A DNA stretch of 64,000 bases from a virus (IMGVR_UViG_3300014205_000002:144265-208264); one strand, 5' to 3'; positions 28,610 through 37,165 are shown, numbered from the stretch's first letter. A program made the numbers and translations. Notes: generated by a model not told the origin, from the sequence alone.

Positions 28610-28834
28610 CTAGCGGCTACCCAGGACCCGCAGGACTCGACGCTCGGTTTGGCGATCCAGCGTTCCCGCAAAGAGCCGCCGCATCTCGTCTTCCATTCGC
28701 GCCGCTGTGGATTGTTGGTCCGACCAACGGGGGGATTCAAGTATCCCATCTACGGGGGAGAAAGGCAACGTTACGTCTACCGAAACATTGGTCGGACCAT
28801 CGTCAGAGCCGACGAAAAACGCATCACCTTTCAC
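28610..28834 (-). CDS. Small hypothetical protein
   Basis: GTG start, SD GGAGGAG. Confidence 0.55.
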   Translation of the reverse strand: MKGDAFFVGSDDGPTNVSVDVTLPFSPVDGILESPRWSDQQSTAARMEDEMRRLFAGTLDRQTERRVLRVLGSR

Positions 28835-29109
28835 TGAAACTCCTCCGTAAGATCGGGCTGGTCAAAGCTCTCGGCGGGGCGATCGCTGGGGGTGTCCGCG
28901 AGTATGACGTAGAGCGGGTCCTGGGCCCAGTTGTTTATCTCGGCTTCGGTGAAGTCATTGAGGACATCAGGCCTGTGTCCGGTAGTGAAGAGGATCGTAG
29001 CGGGCTCGACCTTGATCACTGGTGGGTTGACCACCGCCATCTCCGCAGGATTGAGGACGGTCTTGTTCGGGCCCTGCCTGCCCATGAGTTGGCGCATGAA
29101 GTCAGTCAT
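28831..29109 (-). CDS. Small protein ending SDRPAESFDQPDLTEEFQ
   Basis: Start MTDFMR overlaps the upstream stop. Carries the shared C-terminal tag. Confidence 0.65.
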   Translation of the reverse strand: MTDFMRQLMGRQGPNKTVLNPAEMAVVNPPVIKVEPATILFTTGHRPDVLNDFTEAEINNWAQDPLYVILADTPSDRPAESFDQPDLTEEFQ

Positions 29110-29323
29110 CGGCGAGATCCGGATAGGCGGCAACGAGATGGCGAACGTGCGGCCGCCGCGGCGGCTCGACCGCGGCCATGCGTACCGAGAGGTCTTGAAC
29201 GGCCTCGACGACGTTTGTGCCGGCTGGGTAGTATCCGGTGCTGTCGTCGATCTGGAGCCTGTCGGGGTTCAAGGGGTTCTCCGTTACCCATACGGTCTCA
29301 GGGCGACCATTGTCCCCGAGCAT
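29102..29323 (-). CDS. Small protein ending YPDLADD
   Basis: TAATG coupling with the upstream ORF. Confidence 0.6.
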   Translation of the reverse strand: MLGDNGRPETVWVTENPLNPDRLQIDDSTGYYPAGTNVVEAVQDLSVRMAAVEPPRRPHVRHLVAAYPDLADD

Positions 29324-29499
29324 TACAGGAACGTCTCGGTCATGTCGGGGGCGGCGAAGCTGTCGGCGGGGCGATCGCTGGGCCCAGGTCCAACCACGAA
29401 GCGCTGGGAGATGCGGGTGACGGGCATGTCGAGATGCATATTGATGGTGACCTTCTCGACCTGGTCGTCCTGGGCGTCGGTCCAGCTGAATTCAGCCAC
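29323..29499 (-). CDS. 58-aa ORF not in the ORF track, ending SDRPADSFAAPDMTETFL
   Basis: GTG start with SD GAGGAG. Hand-translated MAEFSWTDAQDDQVEKVTINMHLDMPVTRISQRFVVG... Confidence 0.65.
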   Translation of the reverse strand: MAEFSWTDAQDDQVEKVTINMHLDMPVTRISQRFVVGPGPSDRPADSFAAPDMTETFL

Positions 29500-29656
29500 A
29501 AGTCATCTCCTCGGTCAGGTCGGGGGTGGTGAAGCTCGCGGGCGGGCGCGGGCTTTTGGGAGGGAACAGCCGGTCCATCCCTTGCAGGTCATTCATCAAG
29601 TCTTCCGCGGCCTTGATCTGAGCGGACGTGACGGGGCGTTCGCGATTCGGGGTCAT
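29492..29656 (-). CDS. 54-aa protein ending RPPASFTTPDLTEEMTCG
   Basis: TGATG coupling, SD AAGGAG. Confidence 0.65.
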   Translation of the reverse strand: MTPNRERPVTSAQIKAAEDLMNDLQGMDRLFPPKSPRPPASFTTPDLTEEMTCG

Positions 29657-30198
29657 CAACGGGGCGCTCCTTGAGGCTGAGGGGCTTCTGAATCCGCGAA
29701 AGCTTGCGCCATGACCAGGCACCAGGGTACCTCCTGCATGTGGTCGGTGGCGGCCTTGATCAGCGCGGCACCGACGGCATGGTTCATGGCGTAGGGGCTG
29801 AACCCATTGATGACGGCACGCTTGCCGGCCAGGGTGAGCTTGGCATGACAGGTCGGCCCGCTCTGTGCGGTGTGGATGTCGGCGACCAGCTCCGCCATGC
29901 CCGCCTCGCGCACGACGTCCCAGAAGCCTTCGGAACAGGCTGCGTCGTACTCGATGGCCGGCATCTGGGCCTTGCACCACTTGGCGATCGCGTCGACCCG
30001 TACATCATAGACGACTGACCAGCCTTCTGGCCGCTTGATCTCGTTGATGACGCGCCCATGCAGACCTTTCATCACCTCGGCGTGCATCAGGTCGCGGGCC
30101 CGCACCCGCTTCGAGCGGCCCGTCGCGACGAGCTGCACGTAGCCGTGGGCCTTCACGCTCGCGACCACCGCCATCCGGAGGAGATCGGCGGGCGTCAT
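29656..30198 (-). CDS. Hypothetical protein
   Basis: 180 aa, coupled. Confidence 0.65.
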   Translation of the reverse strand: MTPADLLRMAVVASVKAHGYVQLVATGRSKRVRARDLMHAEVMKGLHGRVINEIKRPEGWSVVYDVRVDAIAKWCKAQMPAIEYDAACSEGFWDVVREAGMAELVADIHTAQSGPTCHAKLTLAGKRAVINGFSPYAMNHAVGAALIKAATDHMQEVPWCLVMAQAFADSEAPQPQGAPR

Positions 30199-30593
30199 AT
30201 CACCATCACCGTGAGGCCTGCCCAGGCGGGCGGGGGCTCGGCGCGGAAGCTCTCGGTCAGGTCGGGCACACTCTGGGCGATCGCCTGCGTGATCGACGCA
30301 CCCTTGGCGGCCGGTTGGCCGATCTTCGCGCCCTGGGCGAGCAGCGTCTCGCCCGTCATCGGCGGCGTCGTGAAGGACACGGCATGGCCGAGATCCTTCC
30401 AGTCCACGTCCTTGCGCAGGATCAGGCCATTGGCGAAGACCATCAGGGGGGTGAACTCAGGCGGGAGCGCGAATACGGACGTCTTGTCGTCACCCTCGCC
30501 GAGCGGAACCGGGCCGAACTGATCCAGCTTCAAGCGATTCAGTGGGATTGAGTCTTCGGCGATGCGCGTCCCCAGCACCATGGGCGTGATCAT
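30195..30593 (-). CDS. Small protein with a tail-protein-like beta domain and a PDLTESF motif
   Basis: VFANGLILRKDVDWKDLGHAVSFTTPPMTGETL and VPDLTESF. Confidence 0.6.
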   Translation of the reverse strand: MITPMVLGTRIAEDSIPLNRLKLDQFGPVPLGEGDDKTSVFALPPEFTPLMVFANGLILRKDVDWKDLGHAVSFTTPPMTGETLLAQGAKIGQPAAKGASITQAIAQSVPDLTESFRAEPPPAWAGLTVMVI

Positions 30594-31294
30594 ATCGCGA
30601 GCCCATGCTTGAGCGGGAACTGCTGGGCCACACCGAGACAGTGATAGCAGAGGTAGCTCGCCGGGTCCTCATAGCTGAGGACTTGTGCGAGGTGAGGCTT
30701 ACAGAGGGCGTCGCCGGCCTTGAGCTGGCGCTTGCGGGCGTCGCCGACCCACCTTACATTCGTGTCGACCGTAAGGTGGCCGACGCCGACCCTGGTGACT
30801 GCGAGGCTTACGCCGACAGGCAGAGCCGGCACAAGGTCGCGCAGCTTCTCCTTGCCTGCGAAGTCTTTGAGGCGATTCATCATCGCCTGGGTGTGCAGGG
30901 TGACGGCCCGTTGGGTGTCGAGGTAGCGAATGTGGGCCTCGGCGTAGGCCAAAAGCGTGGGGTAAGGCTTGGGGGCGTCGGTGGTTTTTCCGTTCGCGTA
31001 GAAGTAGCTGTGGGGGTTCTTGACGGCATCGTGAACGCCGAGCCAGTGTGCCTTCGCCTGGTCGTATGAGAGATTGTTCAGCATACTGCGAAAGCCGTTG
31101 GTCTTGGGTTTCGGCAGGCTATTAGCACGCTTGAGATAGACACCAAGCGTCTTGCCGCTGGCGTCGCAGTGGCTAGCGCTCGCGTAGCCGGTCTGCACGA
31201 GGACCTCCCCAGGACCGAATGAGCGCTTGGGGATCGCTTCGACCCAGGTAGGCGAGCTTGAGGGCGCAGAGCTGGCGAGTGACGTGGTTGGCAT
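30590..31294 (-). CDS. Hypothetical protein
   Basis: 234 aa, SD GAGGAGG, C-terminal LC..CYHC. Confidence 0.65.
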   Translation of the reverse strand: MPTTSLASSAPSSSPTWVEAIPKRSFGPGEVLVQTGYASASHCDASGKTLGVYLKRANSLPKPKTNGFRSMLNNLSYDQAKAHWLGVHDAVKNPHSYFYANGKTTDAPKPYPTLLAYAEAHIRYLDTQRAVTLHTQAMMNRLKDFAGKEKLRDLVPALPVGVSLAVTRVGVGHLTVDTNVRWVGDARKRQLKAGDALCKPHLAQVLSYEDPASYLCYHCLGVAQQFPLKHGLAI

Positions 31295-31637
31295 GGCAGC
31301 GGCCCTCCTCGGACCAATTGATCAGACTGCGTTTCACCCAAAGGTCAATGGCGTTGTGAAGCAGGTTGGACATAGCACGCAGCGTGTGGACCGCGACACT
31401 GTCGGCGATCGGGATGTCACCGCGCTTGAGGCCAGTTCGGATGGGTACGTCGGCCGGGCAGAACACGTCGTAGCTGATGGTGATCGACCGATCTTTGGCC
31501 GGCGGCTTATCTAGCGTGACGCTCCCGCTTTTGGGATCGATCATGAGGAGATTGAAGTGGTAGCCATCCCAGGTGTGGGCCCAGTCGCCGGCGTACCACA
31601 GCAGCGTCTTGCCGTCGGGGGCGAGTCCGATGCTCAC
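31173..31637 (-). CDS. Hypothetical protein with a tail-protein-like segment
   Basis: IDPKSGSVTLDKPPAKDRSITISY. Confidence 0.55.
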   Translation of the reverse strand: MSIGLAPDGKTLLWYAGDWAHTWDGYHFNLLMIDPKSGSVTLDKPPAKDRSITISYDVFCPADVPIRTGLKRGDIPIADSVAVHTLRAMSNLLHNAIDLWVKRSLINWSEEGRCHANHVTRQLCALKLAYLGRSDPQALIRSWGGPRADRLRER

Positions 31638-32084
31638 CTAGCTGTCTCCATCGAGCAGGAAGTGGGCGTCGGGCTCGACGTAGCCGTTCCAGTCGAAGTA
31701 GCACAGGCCCGCAATCATCTGGTTCTGCTGCTGCTGGGTGATGGTCTCCTGGCCGTGGTGAGCCAGGAAGCGAAACATGTGGACCATTAAGGGGACGGGG
31801 ATGCCGTGCGAGAGGGGGCCGTGATTGAGGCCGTCCTGGGGCTGCTGGGGCTTGAACGCCTGGGTCGGCTCCTCGGACGGGCCGGCTTTAATGGACATGG
31901 GTGGCTCCTTGGGGGTGAGGACCTGCTCAAGGCTAAGCTCGTTCGCGCGCTCGGCCCAGAGGCGGGAGATCCGGTTGTTGGGTTCGTCGAATGCGGCCTT
32001 GGCTGCAACCTGTTGATCCCGGCAGCCGTCGATCGCGTCCATCGTGGCCTGGGGGACGCCGAGCGCGATGCGCCGGCGCTTCAT
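31638..32084 (-). CDS. Hypothetical protein (may have an internal start at MSIKAG)
   Basis: Coupled ORF with an internal AAGGAG-ATG. Confidence 0.55.
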   Translation of the reverse strand: MKRRRIALGVPQATMDAIDGCRDQQVAAKAAFDEPNNRISRLWAERANELSLEQVLTPKEPPMSIKAGPSEEPTQAFKPQQPQDGLNHGPLSHGIPVPLMVHMFRFLAHHGQETITQQQQNQMIAGLCYFDWNGYVEPDAHFLLDGDS

Positions 32085-32260
32085 GCGAAGCGACCGAAGA
32101 CTGCTCGCCGCTGGTATTCAAGGGTGGCGGCGCTGGAGAACACGGCCCCGCCCTCGTTGATCAGTATCTCGGCGGGGATACTGGCCGCCTGCAACACCCG
32201 GCGATTCACGGCCTCGATCTCGCCTTCCATACCGCCCTGGCTTTCACTCATGAACAGCAT
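32081..32260 (-). CDS. 59-aa protein resembling a portal-protein segment
   Basis: TGATG coupling. EAVNRRVLQAASIPAEILINEGGAVFSSAATL. Confidence 0.5.
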   Translation of the reverse strand: MLFMSESQGGMEGEIEAVNRRVLQAASIPAEILINEGGAVFSSAATLEYQRRAVFGRFA

Positions 32261-32589
32261 CAGGCCTTGGGCTCCGCGTTCTTGAGTTTGTCGATCTTCC
32301 GTTGGGTCGCCTGCGTCTGGCGCACGAGAGCGTCGCGCCGGCCGGCCAGATGCAGCAGCAGCTCGCTCTTGGCGCGCTCGAACGTCGAGAAGCACTCGGC
32401 GACGTGAATCTCGTTGCCGCGGCCGGTCTCGGCCCTGACCCACTGTGTTCCGCTGCCGAGCATGCCGCGCCAGGGCTTCACGCCCGTGACGGGAACGACG
32501 CCGGTGCGGCCCTTGTTCCAGGCGAAGCAGCTGACAGGGACCTGGTTTGACTGCTGATATTCGGGGTTCCAGTTGTGCTGGGTATTCAT
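32260..32589 (-). CDS. Hypothetical protein
   Basis: 109 aa, SD GGAGG. Confidence 0.65.
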   Translation of the reverse strand: MNTQHNWNPEYQQSNQVPVSCFAWNKGRTGVVPVTGVKPWRGMLGSGTQWVRAETGRGNEIHVAECFSTFERAKSELLLHLAGRRDALVRQTQATQRKIDKLKNAEPKA

Positions 32590-32951
32590 TTCAATCCAAG
32601 CCTCCGATTGATGACGCTCGCGAGCGGCAGGTAGTAGTCGATGTGTTCGGTGGGCTCGCCTGTGCCCTTGCGCAGGCGCGGGACCGCCACGAGGTAGCGC
32701 GGCGTGGCTGACCGCAGCAGTCCCTTGATCTTACTCGCGGGCACGCATGCCGATCTGGCGTGCTCGCCATGGGGGTCGTAGACGGGTTTGCCCGCGTGTT
32801 TGGCGATCGCCTCCTGGGCGCTGGCGTGGCTGGGGATGAACGCGAGGATGGTTCCGCTTTTTGAACGCGTACAGCCGCCCGCCTGGCTCGACCACAGGGC
32901 CGCAACTCCAGGTGTAGCCCTGTTGTACTTGGCGTCGTTGTCGATTCTCAT
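32586..32951 (-). CDS. Hypothetical protein
   Basis: 121 aa, SD GAGGAGG. Confidence 0.65.
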   Translation of the reverse strand: MRIDNDAKYNRATPGVAALWSSQAGGCTRSKSGTILAFIPSHASAQEAIAKHAGKPVYDPHGEHARSACVPASKIKGLLRSATPRYLVAVPRLRKGTGEPTEHIDYYLPLASVINRRLGLK

Positions 32952-32970
32952 TGACAGAATCCTCCTCGGG

Positions 32971-33222
32971 TTAATTGGTCAGCTTCTCGACACAGGCGAT
33001 GACGTCGTCGACGCTGTTGATCTTCTCGGCTTCATCATCGGACATCTCAATGTCGAATTCGTCTTCGATCGCCATCACCAGTTCCACTTGATCCAATGAG
33101 TCCGCCCCGAGATCTTCGTCGAACTTGGCCTCGCGGGTCACGACGTCCTCATGGACACCGAGTCGCTCTGTGACAATAAACCGGATGCGGTTGAAGGTGG
33201 CGGTCTGGTTGATGGCGTCCAT
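32971..33222 (-). CDS. acpP: Acyl carrier protein
   Basis: [40 protein letters not shown], with the phosphopantetheine-accepting Ser intact. Confidence 0.95.
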   Translation of the reverse strand: MDAINQTATFNRIRFIVTERLGVHEDVVTREAKFDEDLGADSLDQVELVMAIEDEFDIEMSDDEAEKINSVDDVIACVEKLTN

Positions 33223-33231
33223 GGGGTCCTC

Positions 33232-33489
33232 TTAGATGGTGGGTGGCTTGTGGAGCTTGACGAGGGCCAGTGAGAAGTAGAGCCAGCCAAGCGTCCAGGT
33301 GGTGACGTTCTTCCGCTTGGAGCGAGAGAACCCAGGCAGAACCCAGAACTGACCGCCGACACCAGGGGCGATCGCCCAAGTATGAAACTCCCTCACGGCG
33401 AGACCGCCTTGTCGACGGCGAGCGTAACCTTGCCCTTGACGTTTTTGACCTTCATCGGATCCTTCCCGCAGGCTGAGATCTGGGCCCAA
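33232..33489 (-). CDS. Small hypothetical protein (start uncertain)
   Basis: Fills a gap on the coding strand, Trp-rich C-half. Confidence 0.35.
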   Translation of the reverse strand: MGPDLSLREGSDEGQKRQGQGYARRRQGGLAVREFHTWAIAPGVGGQFWVLPGFSRSKRKNVTTWTLGWLYFSLALVKLHKPPTI

Positions 33490-33552
33490 CTGGCGATAAG
33501 GGCGATGCAGGCCTCGCGGGAGTTGCCTGTAACCTCCAGGGTCATCTTGTGG

Positions 33553-34377
33553 TCAGGCATTGGTCACCCAGGGGTTCTCGCCATTGGGCCCTGCGGGCAG
33601 GGAGAGATTGGCGGGGAGGCCGACGGTGTGGAATTCGTGCGGCCGCCATTCGTGGCCGCAGCCCTTGACGTGGTGCGGGCTGTGCGGGCTGCTCTGATCC
33701 TTGTCGAAGTAGGTGTAGTCCACGCAGCGGTGGGTTTTGTGCGGTATGCAGGCCCATTCTCCGGTGTCGACGTGGCGCATCCCGCAGCCGGGGCAGAACA
33801 GATGGTCGGCGATCGGCCTTGCGTGGCTGACCAACTCCCGCCAGTTGGCGGGGATGATTGGCACCTCGTCGTCGCACCACCAGGCCCCGACGCGGAAGAC
33901 CGCGAGCACGCTGTTGATGTCGTCCGCGAGGTCGCGCACCCACTTCGGCAGGTCGACCTCGGTCCAGCCCTCGGTGCAGATGTCGGGCATGTTTTCCGTC
34001 ATCTCCGCGGTGATGTGCTTGAGCAGGGGCTTGAGGTAGTCCCCGTCGAGGCGATCGCGATCGTCGTCGGGCAACTCCTGCTCGATCATGCCCAGCAGTC
34101 CCTCGGAGTTGAAGGGCAATTCGGAGTCGGCGGGGACGCCTTCCTCAAAGGGGATGAAATCCTGAATGGTGTCACCGAGGTGGCTCGCGGTCACCGAGGC
34201 GGCGCGGAAGCGGGCGATCCACGGCTCCTGGCTGTCTGGCTCAATCTCGGCGATCGCGCAACTTTCCAGGAAGGTCTGGAGGTCGCTGGAGAACTCACTG
34301 CCGCGCCGGAGGGCGATCATCTCGCCCTCTTTCCACGCGACGCGGGGGGCCTCAGCCCAGGTCGGCTCGTCCGACAC
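33553..34377 (-). CDS. Hypothetical protein with a C-terminal Cys/His Zn-binding domain
   Basis: GTG start coupled to the upstream stop. CPGCGMRHVD..HKTHRC..CGHEW. Confidence 0.65.
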   Translation of the reverse strand: MSDEPTWAEAPRVAWKEGEMIALRRGSEFSSDLQTFLESCAIAEIEPDSQEPWIARFRAASVTASHLGDTIQDFIPFEEGVPADSELPFNSEGLLGMIEQELPDDDRDRLDGDYLKPLLKHITAEMTENMPDICTEGWTEVDLPKWVRDLADDINSVLAVFRVGAWWCDDEVPIIPANWRELVSHARPIADHLFCPGCGMRHVDTGEWACIPHKTHRCVDYTYFDKDQSSPHSPHHVKGCGHEWRPHEFHTVGLPANLSLPAGPNGENPWVTNA

Positions 34378-35081
34378 TAGACCAGCTCCGCGTCGAGTTC
34401 GCACGCGGCCGGAAGCGGAGCAGCGGTCAGGCGACCAGGTGCCCATGAGCCAGCGGCGATCGCCTCACGATCGGCGAGAGTGGGCAGCTGCACCTGGCAC
34501 TCGGGGACCAGGCGCAGGATCTCTTCGCGGGTGGTCGCCGTATTGATGACGGTGCGCTTTTCGGTCATCTCCAGGTTGTAGGCGTCTGTGGCTGCCTTCT
34601 CCGCAGCCTCGAACTGGCGGTTATAGGCCTTGATTGGCTGGTTGCGATCGCGCTTGACGTGGTTGACGACGTCTTCGGAGGCGGCAGTGCCGTCGCTGCC
34701 GCTGTGGTTGATCATCAGGGTGCCCGAGCTGTGGACAGCCATCGGTGCGGCCTGGTAGCCATAGGTCTTGGCGACGGACTGAGCGAGTGCGAGGACAGCA
34801 TCGAGGGCAATCTTGTACTCGGGCGTCAACGCAATCTCCGCCTGGATGTCCTTGAGAACCTCCGAGGTCTGGAGCAACTTCTGGCACTGGGAGACCGGCT
34901 CTGGGCGCTTACGCAACCGGAACAACTCCATCATCTGGGCGCGCTGGGCCTGGGTCAGCCGGCCCTCCTTCATGAGCTTGAGCTCGGCCTTACGCAGGTC
35001 GATCTCAGCCAGGCGAATGCGGGTCTCGTCGCTGGGCTGGGCGACGGCGAGGGCGGTGGAGGTCTTCTTCGGGGTGGCCAT
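34377..35081 (-). CDS. Helical hypothetical protein
   Basis: 234 aa, SD GAGG. Confidence 0.7.
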   Translation of the reverse strand: MATPKKTSTALAVAQPSDETRIRLAEIDLRKAELKLMKEGRLTQAQRAQMMELFRLRKRPEPVSQCQKLLQTSEVLKDIQAEIALTPEYKIALDAVLALAQSVAKTYGYQAAPMAVHSSGTLMINHSGSDGTAASEDVVNHVKRDRNQPIKAYNRQFEAAEKAATDAYNLEMTEKRTVINTATTREEILRLVPECQVQLPTLADREAIAAGSWAPGRLTAAPLPAACELDAELV

Positions 35082-35106
35082 CGGGTACCTCTGCGGCGGG
35101 TGCCGC

Positions 35107-35138
35107 TGACAGAATGAGGGGGAGCGTGTGGCGATCGC
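35107..35138 (-). promoter_or_regulatory. Bipartite motif GCGATCGC-N14-CATTCTGTCA, copy 1
   Basis: Intergenic, upstream of the 35081 start. Same layout at 36769 and 38331. Confidence 0.65.
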
Positions 35139-35346
35139 GGGTTAGGTGCCGGGGATGCGCAGTTGCTGACCGGCAACCGTGACAACAATGGGGGTGCGGG
35201 ACTGCAAGTTCGCGAACAGGGCCTCGAACTCGGGAGTTCCTCGCCTGGCCTGGATGTCGATGGAGAACTCCATCACCTCGTCGGGCAGTGGTCTGTCGTC
35301 GCGATCGCTCCATGAGGCGCGAAAGACGAGAGGAGCCTGGGCGTCC

Positions 35347-35847
35347 TCAGGCCATCACCATGCGGGCCGAGGTGTACTTCTTATAGAGCGGGTGGTTGGG
35401 CTGGCCGGTCTTGGAGAGCCCATCAAGCGAGTGCAGGAGGTGCTCGCTCAGGAGTTTGCGCACGGCCTTGTCACGATTGAGGAGCTTGCCGTGGTTGCCC
35501 CAGGCAGCGATCAGGAGCTGACTGTCGTTGGCGGCCTTGAGGATGGCGGCGTTGTTGCGGGGGCCAACGCAGTCGATCTCGTAGGCATTGTCTTTGAGGA
35601 CGGCGGGGCTTGTCTCGCGGTAGGCGAAGAGGTTCGCGACGGTGATGCCGCCGTAGCCCCATTTGTCCGCGAAACCCATGCACTTGCGAATGGTGGCGTC
35701 GTCGACCTCGGCGTCAGCGGTCGATGGGTTGAGCATAATGAAGCCGACGAGACCGGCTTCCGGCTTCCAGATACGAGTCAGGGCGTAGCGATACAACCCA
35801 GACTCGCAGAGGTCGGCGGTCTTTGTGATGACGGTGTCCTTTTCCAA
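35347..35847 (-). CDS. DUF1643-family protein
   Basis: YRYALTRIW, FIMLNPSTAD..DDATIRKC, NLFAYRET, IAAWG, PNHPLY. Confidence 0.88.
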   Translation of the reverse strand: MEKDTVITKTADLCESGLYRYALTRIWKPEAGLVGFIMLNPSTADAEVDDATIRKCMGFADKWGYGGITVANLFAYRETSPAVLKDNAYEIDCVGPRNNAAILKAANDSQLLIAAWGNHGKLLNRDKAVRKLLSEHLLHSLDGLSKTGQPNHPLYKKYTSARMVMA

Positions 35848-35852
35848 GGTGG

Positions 35853-36494
35853 CTAGTACCTTTCTCTCTCGGCTGTGAAGCCGCCGTTCCCGCAGTTAAA
35901 GCAGAGCGTGCCTTCGACCTGGACCTTGCAGTAGTGCATGACGTTGCACTCTGAGCAGCGTCGCCATTCGGTCCCAGGCTTTGGCCCAGGCTCTCCAGGC
36001 AGGCGATCGCGGATGGGCTTCATCGGGTAGGTGGGCGGGAACGGCGGTGCTACAGGAAAAACGTAGGGGACCTTCTCCACCACGAACTCTTCGGGGGCAA
36101 GGAGCGCGGGGCGATCACCCCGAGCGTTGCGCCAGATTAGCTCATGGAGGACTGCGTCCACATCGTCGGGCATGCGCGCCTCCATGTGCTTGAACACGAC
36201 GTCAGCTACGGCCACCTTTCCGGCGATATCAGTGGGCAAGATCGGCTGAGGTGGCGGTATCTGGGGTGGTGGAGGTGCTTGGCGCTGGGTGAGCAGAGCC
36301 CGCATCTCGTCGACGGTGACACCCAGGCCCAGTACGGTCTTGGCGGTCTTGGCGTGAGCGACCTGCTCGCGCCGCAGGGCTTCGGTGAGCGTGGCGATCG
36401 CCAACTCGGCCGTGGCTACGTCCCCAGCGAGTTGGGCTGCACGGCGCTGCGACTGGACCGCACGCCGATCCCATTGCACGCTGAGTGTAGACAT
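35853..36494 (-). CDS. Hypothetical protein, coiled coil plus C-terminal Zn ribbon
   Basis: CSEC...CFNCG. Confidence 0.65.
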   Translation of the reverse strand: MSTLSVQWDRRAVQSQRRAAQLAGDVATAELAIATLTEALRREQVAHAKTAKTVLGLGVTVDEMRALLTQRQAPPPPQIPPPQPILPTDIAGKVAVADVVFKHMEARMPDDVDAVLHELIWRNARGDRPALLAPEEFVVEKVPYVFPVAPPFPPTYPMKPIRDRLPGEPGPKPGTEWRRCSECNVMHYCKVQVEGTLCFNCGNGGFTAERERY

Positions 36495-36754
36495 TACGCT
36501 TTGACCTCCGACGCGCTGAACTCGATGAAGTTCTCGACGAACTCCGGCCCCATTACGATGGCCTTGTTCGCCAGGGCGGAGACGATGTCCAGTTGGAGCA
36601 AGGCGGCATCGCGGTAGTGACCGATGGGTGTGCTCTCGACGATGGTGTCGTAGAGCTTCTTGACCTGGGCGCGAACCGCGGTGATCGCAGCGACATCAGC
36701 TTGCGTCGGCGCTTGGTAGTCATGAGGGTGGCGGCCGGCGTAGGATTGGGTCAT
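36494..36754 (-). CDS. Acb2/Tad1-like helical-hairpin protein (candidate nucleotide-signal sponge)
   Basis: HDYQAPTQAD..ITAVRAQVKKLYDTIVESTP..RDAALLQLDIVSALANKAIV. SD GAGGAG. Confidence 0.55.
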   Translation of the reverse strand: MTQSYAGRHPHDYQAPTQADVAAITAVRAQVKKLYDTIVESTPIGHYRDAALLQLDIVSALANKAIVMGPEFVENFIEFSASEVKA

Positions 36755-36768
36755 ATGGTGCTCCTCGT

Positions 36769-36800
36769 TGACAGAATGTGATCGACTCTATGGCGATCGC
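36769..36800 (-). promoter_or_regulatory. Bipartite motif GCGATCGC-N14-CATTCTGTCA, copy 2
   Basis: Intergenic, directly before the SD of the 36754 gene. Confidence 0.65.
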
Positions 36801-36802
36801 TT

Positions 36803-37162
36803 TCAGGGGGTGATGGGGTTTCCGTTGGCGTCCCGCAGGAAGAAGTAGAGCTTGCTCTTATCGGTGTCGCTGATCGACACGCAGATGGCACCCAGGCCTT
36901 GGAGTGGGCCCTCGTCGAAGATGCCGAACAGGCCGTTGAGGACACCGAGCAGGCCCACCACATAGCAGTGCTCGTCCTGCTGGGTAGCAACATTGACGAC
37001 GGTGCTGCTCTTTGCGACCTGGACTGTTGGGTGATCCGCCAACTCCAGGGTATTGACGCGGGTGCGGATCTCGACCAGGTTGTGGATCGCTCCTGGATCC
37101 AGGCTGGCGAGCTCATTCAAGAAGCGCACTAACTCGGCGAGCGTGACGGAGGGCTTGATCAT
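36803..37162 (-). CDS. Hypothetical phage protein
   Basis: 119 aa. LADHPTVQV..VGLLGVLNGLFG. Confidence 0.7.
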   Translation of the reverse strand: MIKPSVTLAELVRFLNELASLDPGAIHNLVEIRTRVNTLELADHPTVQVAKSSTVVNVATQQDEHCYVVGLLGVLNGLFGIFDEGPLQGLGAICVSISDTDKSKLYFFLRDANGNPITP

Positions 37163-37165
37163 GGC

